From positions 1-32,064 of the forward strand of contig MEDY01000377.1 of NCBI GenBank assembly GCA_001724265.1: a stretch of DNA of 32,064 bases. Reading direction: 5' to 3'. This document shows, in pieces, positions 10,882-21,358 of this stretch. Within the stretch, counting starts at the first letter, position 1; every line of letters begins with the position of its first letter. The notes under the pieces were generated by a model. The model made no database searches. It was not told where the DNA came from and saw only the letters and a list, made by a program, of their open reading frames with translations. The DNA is from Rhizaria sp. SCN 62-66. Lineage: Eukaryota. The position numbers and the translations under genes are program-made.

Positions 10882-13800
10882 ATGCAGCCGCGGCCCTCGC
10901 GCCCGTCATCAGCCACACGCGCCCCCGCGTCGGGCAGCCGCCCGTCGTCTGGCGTTGCGCCCGCGTGCAGCCCCGTCGCTGCGACAGGCTCCCTCCCAGG
11001 TTCTGGCACTGCAACGGTCACCGCGACCAATGCGCCGACAGCACCTGGAGCTTCAGCAGCGGTCAGGAGCGGCTTTGCGCGCTCGCCCTCCCCGGGACTC
11101 GTGTCGCTGCCGCCCGCGCCCGGGGCGCTGCCCGCCCCTGCCTCAGTCTCTGCGACACTGCAGCAGCAGCAGCAGCAACTGGAAAGCCAGTGGCAGCGGA
11201 GTGACAGTAGCAGCTCTGTCGCAGTCGCAGAGCTCAAGGAGGCTTTGAATAGGGTACGTTTACGCTACGCCAGGTGATATACGGTACATGTTGAAGTTAT
11301 AACTCGCATTTTAGCTTGATCACTCTTAAAGATATCGATATATCGACAGTACCGTTTCTCTGTCTCATCCTCGTAACTTGACTCACAGCTCCCCGTTCCA
11401 TTCCATATTGTCCTCTTCGCAGGAAGTTCTGCACCGCCAGCGCCTTGAGGCCCTTGTTTCCTCTCTCGCCTCCCGTTTGGACGCTCTGCCTCAGCCACAT
11501 CCGCAGTCGCAGCCACCGCAGCCGCGGTCGCAGTCCGCCCTGTCGGAGCTGCCGCCGCGCCTGTCCGCGCTAGAGGTGACCGTGAGCACGCTGCAGTACA
11601 CAGTGGCGCAGCTCGCGGGCGACGTCGCCGACCTGCAGACAGGCAAGAACTCGGCCGCGGCCGCGGCCGGGGCGGCGGCGGGCGCCGGCGCTGCGGCCGC
11701 CGCGGCCAACGCGGCGACGGCGGCTGCGACGGCGGCGAAGGCGGCTGCGACCGCGGCCGGCAGCGCTAACGCAAACGCCCACAGCAGTCATAACCACAGT
11801 TACAGCCACGACCACGGCCACGGCTCGCACAGCAGCGCTGGCGCCGCGAGCGATGAGTACAACAACGACTTTGACAACGATTTCGCTCAGCCAACCGCGC
11901 GCACCTCTGAGAGCAACAACACAGATGTCACCGCCGCCGCCGCCGCTGCCGCTGCCACAGCTCCAGCACCCGTAGCGGCGGCTGTCGCGCCGTCCGCGGC
12001 CGTAGTGGCGCTGGCGCTGGAGCCTCTCGTGACCGCGCAGCTGCCGTCCCTGGCCGCGCCGTTGGTGGCCGAGGCCGTCGCGGCCGCGCTGCCCGCCGCG
12101 CTCGCTGCTGCACTCACCAACAGCAGCAGCAACAGCAACTGCAACACCAGGTCTAACCTTAGTTCTAGTAGCCGCTCTACGGATGGGACTGGCAACGGGA
12201 GCTTGCTGGCGTCTGCAGTGGCCGCCGCGTTACCCGCCGCCCTCACCGCTGCGCTCACGTCGCCCCCGGCGCACGGCGACGCCGCGCCGGTGAACACTAT
12301 CAGCAACAACAGCAACGTCACTGCCGCTGCTGCTGGTGCTGCTGCGGGTCCGCATAACAACAGTCTCCTGGCGCTGGCGCTGCGGCCGCTAGTGTCTGCG
12401 GAGCTGTCCCAGTCGCAGCTACTGCCACGGGCGCTGGCGCACGTGCTCACGGTCACCCCCGAGGCCGAGGCGGCGACCGACTGCGAGACGCATGACCTCG
12501 CGGCAGCCACAGCGGCGACCGCAGCCGCAGCGACGGCGCATGGCGGCAGCGCCAATAGCTCGGGTAGCGCAGGCGCCCATACGAGCGCGCTGCCGGAATC
12601 GTTCCTGGCCTCGCCCTTCACCGCGCCATGGCCCCCCTCGGCAGCGGGCTGTGGTGGCAGCAGCGCGCCGGCGCTGTCGGCGGTGACGCCGCTGCTGGTG
12701 CGCCGCAGCCTGCGCCTAGCCGTGTCCGAGGCGCTCATGCAGTCGCCGGATGTTTTCAGGGCGCTCGCAAAACTCGCGGCAGACGCCAGCAGCAGCAGCA
12801 GCAACTGCAACAGCGGCGCAAGCGTAAGGCAGTCTAGCGGCAGCAGCGCGAGCGCGAGTGCGAGCGCGAGCGCGAGCGCGAGTGCGGGTGCAGTGGCGTT
12901 GCTAGAGCAGCGTGTGCGCAACGTGTTCGTGACGCTGGACAGGCTCGACCAGGCTGTGCTCGGCGTGAAGCAAAGTCAGGCCGCCGTGTATCAAAGTCAA
13001 GCCGCGCTGCACGACAAGGTTATTGCTGCGCTCAGCGCCAATGCTAACAACAGCCACAACAGCAACAACGGGGGCCGGTCGAGCCGGGCGCAGCCGCCGG
13101 CGTCACCTTCAGTGCATCAACACAGCAGCAATAACAATAACAACAACAGCAACAACAACATTAACAGCAACTCTTCCAGCAGTAGCAGCAGCAGTATCAA
13201 CGCGCCGACCGTGGGACTGGTGGACGCGCTGGTGGCCTCGCAGCACCGGCTTGCGCGCGGGCTGGCCCGCACCCGGCTCGAGCTCGAGGCCGCGCTTTCG
13301 CACTGGGGCCTCGGTATCAGCAGCAACGCCAGCACCATCATCAGTAGTCGTGAAGCGACGACCACTGCAGGTGGTGTTGCGCTGACGTCACCCGCGTTTG
13401 CTCCCGCGTTGGCGTCTGCGTCTGCGTCAGCGCCAGCGTTGCGCGGCAACGACGCCGACACGGGCCCCGTCAGGCTGCTCTCGCTGTCGGCGCTGTCGGC
13501 CGAGCTGGCGACGCTCTCACAGGCGCTCGCCGAGGCGCGCGCGGACACGGCGCACCAGCGGGCCGCGCTGTCGGCCGCGCTGGCTACGCTGCAGGCGCGG
13601 GCCGCGGCGCGCGGCGGGCTGGCTGAGGCCGTCGACGCGCTCGAGGCGACCGTGGGCGCGCTCGAGGGGACCGTGGGCGGCGCGAAGGAGGAAGCGAGGT
13701 ACGGGAGAAACATTGCAGGATAATCGCTGTTATCGTTGATATGTCGCCATGTCATATTTTTATTATGAAGTAATGAAGTATTACCGTGTTTTACGAGTAA

Positions 13801-14773
13801 ATTCAGTATGTATCACATCATTTCGCTCTCTTTATTTTTATTTTTTCTCGTTTGCAGGGCTGCCCGGAGCGAGGCTAAGGCGGCGCGGGACGAGGCTAAG
13901 GCCGCGAAAGATGATGCGCGCGCCGCGCGCGACGAGGCCCGCGCGGCCCGCGAGGAGGCCAAGGCGGGCGAGAAGGCCGCCAAGGACGACGCCAAGCGCG
14001 GCCGGCTGGAGCTCGCGCGGCAGGTGCGGCTGGACAGGGAGGCCGCGGCGACCGAGGCGGCGGCGGCGGTCGAGGCCGCGGTCAAGGGCGCCAAGAGCGA
14101 GGCCAAGACTGCGCTGGCCGCGGCGGTGGCGGCGCTGAAGGCGGCCGCGGAGGCCGCGGCGACCGAGGCCGCGGTGGGCGTCAAGGACGCTGCGAACAAG
14201 GCCGAGGCTGCGGAGGCCAAGGCGGAGGCGGCTGCGACCAAGGCGACAGAAGCCGCGGTTAGGGCGGAAACTGCGGTCGCTGCGGCGGAGACTGCGCGCA
14301 TCAAGGCTTTTGAGGCCGAGGAGAAGGCAAGTGACGCCGTCGGAGTTGCGTCAGAGGCTGAGGCGAAGGCTGTGGCTGCTGCTTCTGATGCTGCTGCGGC
14401 CGCTGCTGCCGCAGATGCTGCCTACAACAGTTCGGCCAGGAAGACTTTCAGCAATGCTCCGGTCAGCCACAACGACGACGACTATGGCAACGACGACAAC
14501 GATGATGCAGCCGCTGGCAGCAGTAACACCGCTGCGAGCGCCGCCTCTTCCGCCCCTGCGCCCGCTCCCGCGCCAGCTGCATCGGGGGACTCGGCGGCTA
14601 CTGCGAGCGAGGCGCTGTCGCGGTGCGCAGCGCTCGACGCCGAGGTCTCGCGGCTGGTGGCGGGCCATGGCAAGATTGTTAGCGCAGTGAAGAAGCACGC
14701 GGGGGCAGTTAAGGCCAAGATTGAGGCGCTTGAGGCCGAGATCACCGCGATCAAGGGCGCGCAGAAACAGTGA
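10882..14773 (+). CDS. hypothetical low-complexity protein with predicted coiled coils; exons 10882-11253, 11423-13698, 13858-14773; about 1187 aa (start uncertain)
   Basis: Three GC-rich ORF blocks joined in frame by two GT-AG introns. Heptad-like segments include RLSALEVTVSTLQYTVAQLAGDVADLQ, EAKAARDE repeats and VKAKIEALEAEITAIK. No family recognised. An acceptor-like CCAG ending at 10860 suggests a possible upstream exon. Confidence 0.75.
11254..11422 (+). other. spliceosomal intron, 169 nt
   Basis: AGG|GTACGT...CTTCGCAG|GAA; phase 0. Confidence 0.85.
13699..13857 (+). other. spliceosomal intron, 159 nt
   Basis: AG|GTACGG...TTTGCAG|G; phase 2; long polypyrimidine tract. Confidence 0.9.
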
Positions 14774-15058
14774 TTGTGCGGCCGTGACTGCGAACCTTAA
14801 TATAATCAGGCTGGCGGAGATAGGTGGTGAATATGAGATACGTTACTTAGAAATTATCCGAAGATTGAGAATGTTGTGAAGTAATACATGTTTTAATCAG
14901 TTCCAGAACTGCTGCATGATATTACAGGATGTGATCGGCTCAAGTTGAGGTGGCCACTTTAAGTCGACTGCAAGAAGTGCAACCTTCATCACGACAATTT
15001 CGTACTTAGCAACGCTGCTATTAAGCTATAAGCTTACAATCATGAATTTGTTGATCTA

Positions 15059-15087
15059 TTTTTGTTTTGTTTTTTGTTTTTGTTTTT
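15059..15087. repeat. (T4-6G)n simple repeat; reads as an A-rich tract on the minus strand
   Basis: tttttgttttgttttttgtttttgttttt. Confidence 0.8.
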
Positions 15088-15237
15088 CACACAGTCAGTA
15101 ATAGAAATCCCGGGTTTCAAACCATACTGACTACACTGCGAATTGCGGGAATACTGAAGGTTACATTACATAGTTCTATTGCTTGAGTTCACTTTACAGA
15201 CGGCACTCTTCTCGCCGTCTGTGATGCCAGTATAGTT

Positions 15238-16193
15238 TCACTCAACATGCGTTCCGTACACGTCTAGATAGGTATTATTCTTAAAGTGATCAACCATGAC
15301 ACTCCACTGTGCATATACCTCCCGGTTACCATGCAATGCTGACGAGCATATTATTAGCTGAACATGTAAGCCTGAACATATTTAATATGCGTATTTCTGC
15401 GAATTTTTTCTCAAGATCTTTCGATGTCCGTGTCCACACCACCGGGAAGTTACAGTTATGTGTTTCATAACTAGGAAGTCTGCTTACTCTTCACCATCTG
15501 CAACAGGCTCCAACTGGAATCCAACTGACGCACTGTAAGCGAACTCTCACTCTGACCCTTCCCGGCTTGTAATTTGTAAAACAGGGAAGAAAACGGGATA
15601 GGACCGAATTGAGAGAGGCGAGCACGCAACATCTCGAAAGCAGCTTGACTAGTCCATTTAAGACCAGAGTCAATGTGGTACAGCCTGGAAAATTGCAGAT
15701 CTTTCGTGATCAACTTGAATTCAGCTTCAGTCTGTGCCTTCTTGCATTTGTCGATCACGGTCGGAAGCGGCAACGTGTGAGGAGGCTCACCATTGATTTG
15801 GCTCGGCACGTTCGTGACAAAGTAGTGGGACGCCTTATAAAATGGATTTTCATGAGACTTCAAATCCGAGTAATCGTATGAATATAAAGAATCAGCTAAC
15901 TTAGCATCATTATGATCGTCATGCAACGTTTTGAACACATGATTGTCGATCTTTGCCAGCCCCCGAAAAAAAGTACACAACTGGTCACAGTCACCACAAA
16001 ACCATGTCTGAAGCAAATAAATTGCTTTAATTTCGTGTGAACCAATATAAGAAATTGCTAATTTTAATGTCCTCTTGATTATTTTCGTTTGCGAAGGAAC
16101 TTACTTTTGTTGATCTCGAAGAAGTGGCTTTTTAGCCCACTGTGTGTTCGGTAACACAACAGTCGTTGATTGCAATGTCATTTGGGAGCTCAT
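15238..16193 (-). CDS. AT-rich orphan gene or pseudogene; main ORF 16007-15488, candidate last exon 15371-15238, candidate first exon 16193-16105 (out of frame with the main ORF)
   Basis: A 181-codon stop-free ORF of ordinary amino-acid complexity in AT-rich DNA. The GTAAGC donor at 15487 and CAG acceptor at 15372 extend it in frame to LHVQLIICSSALHGNREVYAQWSVMVDHFKNNTYLDVYGTHVE*. There is no early in-frame ATG. No family recognised. Confidence 0.4.
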
Positions 16194-16945
16194 GAAGCTG
16201 TTTTGAAAGCGGACACGTTGAACCTCAAGCAGTTCGCAAGCCGCTTGTGTCGAGTCACTACGTTTTACGAATAATTACACACGTTTTGAGTCAAACAACG
16301 CATGCAGGAGTGACCGTGATTGTAAATCAGCGCTGATTGTCGTTATGGAGCAACAGTGATTACAATCTCATTTGTTGCAAAAAAAAAAATTTAAAAAAAA
16401 TGCACTGAGAAAGGAGCCTTGAGATTGTGATTCGAATCGTTTTTGTGTTGACTAAGTTGCTGTTCGGACTGAGGAGCTAAGTCAACAAAGATAAGGCACG
16501 GTACAGCGATAAACAGGACTAGACAGTGATGTCAACGCTGCAAACGCAAGTCAACCGCGAGATACAAAGAATTGTATCTTCATGGACATTCTCACGACGC
16601 CCACAAAGGCGGAAAAGATCTCGCGCATGCGACTGTTCCGTCGGAATCATATTAAGCTTACAGTGAAGTACTTATTAATAAATATGCAAAATTAAAGTAT
16701 CAGATTTACAAAAAATTAATACTAGAGTTACGAATTATAATTATAATGAATAGATATTAATGATTTATTATTTTCACAATGCAACTGTCACATGTAATTG
16801 TGTTTACACGTGCAACATGTACAGTACATTATGCTCCATTTAAGTACCTCAGAGCTAAATAATCGTTGCTTATATCGATGATAGTGGATAAGAAAACCAT
16901 CACAAAAGATATCAAAATCACGTTAGGCATACTAGTCACTATCGA

Positions 16946-19900
16946 TCAATAGTCTGGTGTTGCACGACACAGGGAGCAACCCAACGCAAACTCATGTCCG
17001 TTTGGCGGGTGCACAATGCCCAATGGGCACAATTCAATCCCCGGCTGTGACGGGTGGAGGCCCGGGCAGACGGGGAGTTCGCTGATGGGCTTTTTGGAGA
17101 GGTAGACCCCCATGTTCTGCATGCGGTGGCAGTTGTCGCAGAAATGCGTCTACAGAACGTGAACAGATAAAAAGTGAGTAAAAAGACACATTTTAAGTGA
17201 GCCATTTCATTATCATTCAATATTACGCCAGAGACACATTGATTTAGGAATATTTCTTTTTTCATATCGTGAGTTTCTCTTTTTGTTGACGTACAGTTCC
17301 CCAGCAAAACCAGACCGCAACAGAGCAGCAGAAACGGCACTTGTTCTCCATGAACCCGTCCCCGTGCTTTGGGCACGCACTCGCTGCCGCGGCCGCAGCA
17401 GCTGCGGTCGCAGTGGCCGCCGCCGAAGCTGCCGCCGCCGCTGCGGCCGCCGCGCCCGCGCGTCCGCCCCCGGCCCCCGACGCTGCGGCCGCTACTGCGG
17501 CGGCTGCGGCGGCGGCCTCAGCGTCGAGCTGTGCGAGCTGAGAGCGCGCGATAGAGCAGCCGCCGCACAGCAGCGCGTCGCGCGCGAGACCGCGCAGCTT
17601 GCGGGCAAGGCGCTCGCCGGTGCGCTTGCCGCCGGCGCTTCTATTGTTGTGGGCCGCGAGGGCTGCCGCGGAGGCTGCTGCTGCTTCTGCCTGCTGCTGA
17701 TGCTTGAGCTGTTGCTGCTTCTGTTGCCGCTTTCCGACAGCACTCGCAGCAGCAGGGTTGGCGGCTGCGGCAGCGTTGGCGACCGCAGAGTCGTTGGCTT
17801 GGCTGGCTGGCTGCGATGCAGCACCAGAGCCGGAGCCAGAGTCAGAGCCAGCTGAGGGAGCGGCGACAAGAGCAGGGCCAGGAATCGGGGGCATCGCAAG
17901 CTGCAGCAGCGCGCGGTCGAGGAAGAGCAAGGGACGCCACAAAGCTTCGGCCTCAGCCTCAGTCTCAGCGTTCGCGTGTGTGGAGTTCGCGGCTTTGTCG
18001 GCGTCGGAGTCGGCGGGGTTGACACTGTGATTGATGTGCCCGAGATAGGGGTTTCGCGCAGTTGCAGCGGCGTCAGCGTGGCGACGGCGACGATGACGAC
18101 AGCGGTGACGTTTGCCGTCGTCGTTGTTATTGTCATTGCTGCCGTCGCCACAGTCGTCGTCGCTACCGTCAGCCATCCGCTGCCCCTGTCCATGTCCCTT
18201 AGGCTTGCTCCTGCGACTACCGCTGAGGCTGTTGCAGCGACTGTGTTTCGGCAGGCAGCCATCCTCCTCTTCCTCTTCCCCTTCCTCTTGCTGCTGCTCG
18301 CGGTCATTGAGCTCGCTGTCAGAGTCTCTACCGCCGTCGCTGTGATCACCGTCGCAACCACTGCCAAAATCACTGCCGCAGTCGCTGTCGCCGAAGCCGT
18401 CGCCCTCACCATCGCCGCCGCTGTCGTTGTCGCTGTCGCCGGCAAGCGCGATATGCACCCCGTCCACGCCATTAACGCTGCCGCTGCCGTGGCCGTTGTG
18501 CAGGGGCGCGGCGTCGTCGTCGCAGCGGCGCTGCCCGCCGAAGAATGGCACGCGGCACACCGCGCAGGGGTAGTACGAGTAGCGGTCCATGGCGTACGCG
18601 ATGAGGTTGCCGTGGAAGCGGCCGCCGCGCGACGACACCTCGCTCGTGTTCTAAGCGTAAAGCAAGAGAGACAATAAGGTTGGGCAGTACAAGTGAGCGT
18701 GATAAAGCAGTGATAAGTCGTAGACGACTGTACAGTACATTCAAATTTCATGATAAACTCAAGAGCATGGAACACAGTGAGTGGAGTATAGATCGTCATT
18801 CCTGTTTTCCGCCAAGTTCGACGTACGGCGAGTCCCTCTGCGATGGTCCGCTGCACGGCCTTGTCGGCGACAACACCGCGCAGCCAGCGCCACGCGCCGA
18901 CCAGCCCCCTGATCGCGGGGTGGCCGTGCACGACGTCGCCGCGGCCCAGCGCCGCCGTCACCGTCGCCAGCGAGCACGCCGAGGCCGAGGCGGGCGCCAC
19001 CGCGAGCACCGGGGCCAGGGCAGACCCAGCGCCAGCGCCAGACCCAGAGCTAGAGCTAGAGGCTGAGGCAGGGCCGGGGGCAAGGGCAGCAGCGGCGGCT
19101 GCAGCAGCGGCGGCGGCGCGCGCGGGCAGGCAGAGAAAACGCCCGTCGGCGTCGGCGGCCGCGTCCGCGGTGTGCGCGGGCCCGCAGACAGGGCAGGCGA
19201 GGAAGGCAAAGGAGAGGTAGGAGGTGGGCCAGGCCGAGCGGAGCTTAGCCACGATGCAGTGCAGATGGAAGGTGTGGCCGCACGAGAGCTATGGGTGATA
19301 ACACAAAGCAAATTGCAAACAAAAGGACGAAAAGAAAAAAGATTTGGTGTTAGTACAGATAGTTATTTCAAGATGTGTTCTTGAATATACGCAGATGAAA
19401 AGATATAGCGCTGAAAGTTCGTTTTCGAGTCGTACCTCGACGCAGGGCGCGGAGCCCAGGTCTTCGGTGCAGCACACCTGGCAGTAGTCGTCACCATACA
19501 GCGCTGCGCCCGCCGCGCTCCTGCCGCCGCCCTTCTTGAGCGACGGCGCGGAACTGCTGAGGCCGTTCTGACCGCTGCGATCGTCGCCACAACTGAAGTG
19601 CGAGTACGGGCAGTCGCGCCGCAGACAGCCCACGTGCGCGCCCTCGGCGCCGCTGCACGCCGCGCCAGCACTGCCACTGTCGCCGCCGTCGCCGGGGCCG
19701 CAGTGGGCGCCCGCGCAGGGGTGGCCGCAGGGTAGAACGCGGAGACACGCGGCGCGAAGCCGGTCCAGGCAGCCGGCGCGGCGACAGCACAGCACGGGCG
19801 GCCGCGGCGGCATCTGCAGCGCGCTGCCACTAGCATTCGCACTCGCATTCACAGTCGCGCTGCGTGTGTTGTTGCCGTTCCTATTGTAAGCAGCAGATGC

Positions 19901-21277
19901 GGCACTGGTGTCGAAGGCGTCGCCATCACGGTTCGCAGGGAGCAGAGAGGAGTCTTGCGGCAGCAGCAGCGCCAGCCCGGCCTCGGTCAGCCCGCAGTGG
20001 TGCGCAAACAGCGCGCGCGCCGCAGCGGCGACCGCAGTTATGTCGTCGCCACCATTGTCTTGCGACTGCGAGTTTCTCGCGGTTGAGCTGTTGCTGCTTT
20101 GAGGGCGGAGGAAGGCTAGGTATGCCTGCAGTGACAAGTGAGCGCCCTCGTAGCACCAGGGTGCCGCGAGGTCGGGGTAGGCCTTGGCGCCCCAGGAGGC
20201 GGTTGAACCACTTGCATTCGACGCAGAGTTACTTGGACTCTTGGACACGTTCTTCGACTTGCTATTCTGGCTCTCACCATCTTTGTTGAGAGCAGGAGAG
20301 TGACTATGGGCGCGCGCAAACGCTGTGCCGTCAGCGGCTACAGAAGCCGCAGCAGCCGAGCCCCAAAGAGTAACACCACGCGTCTCATTAATCGCGCCCC
20401 TGCTCTTCTTGCATTTGCGCTTTCTCGCGCCGCTACCCCTGGCTCTGAGCGGCATGAGCTGCGGTACAAACACGGTTTTGGCGTCGACGCCCTCGCCGCA
20501 GTAGCGGCAGCACTCGCCGAGCCGCAGCAGCGCCCACTCGTCGCACGTGCTGCCCGCGTGGTACGGCGCCGCGCCGCAGCACGCGCAGAAGTCGGCCACG
20601 CTGCAGCGCGCCGGCTTTGAGTGCGGCTGGGACTGGGACTGGGGTTGGGCATAAGGCTGAGAGTGGCCGCAAACACTGCTGCTAGGAGTGCTGTTGTTGT
20701 GGTCGACGTAAGTGCTGCTGTGGAGACACTTGAACCGGTGCTGGTTGCGGTGCTGGACGGCTTGCGGGGACAGGGGCGTGCCGGTGGGGCCAAGCTCTAA
20801 GTAACCCTTAGACTTCGGTGCGGCATCTAAGTGACCGCCAGCAGCAACAGCTGTGTTGTTGTTCGAGCCAAGTGACTCAGACTCTAAATGGGTCGGTATG
20901 TGGTCTAAGTAGGTCCCAAGCGTGCCCGGCACATACTGCCACTGCGTGTGCAACTGAGGCTGTAACGGAGGTTGCAGGGCGAGTGCAGCAGAGTAGCTCG
21001 GAGCAGAGACTGCAATGCGATAGCCCTGTTGCTGCTGTTGTGAAGCAGAGCCGACAGAGACTGCAACAGCAGACGCAGCCGCGACTGCGGCTGGGGGCGA
21101 GCTGAAGAGCGTGTTGATGCTGTTCTTGGCTTTGAGGCTGCGGCCGCCGACGAGCTTCGACGGCGTCCTCAGCGACGCGGTGCTTAGATGCGGTACGAGG
21201 GTACTTACATTGTCAGCGTTACCACGCAAGCTGTCCGTGGACGTGTTCATGGCACTACTTGCGCTCGCGCTCGCGCT

Positions 21278-21358
<81 letters not shown>

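Noticed and set aside
551-19435. Introns as an active introner or MITE family, or as non-canonical introns
   Set aside because: All are GT-AG, and by eye there is no shared internal sequence or terminal inverted repeat beyond the donor.
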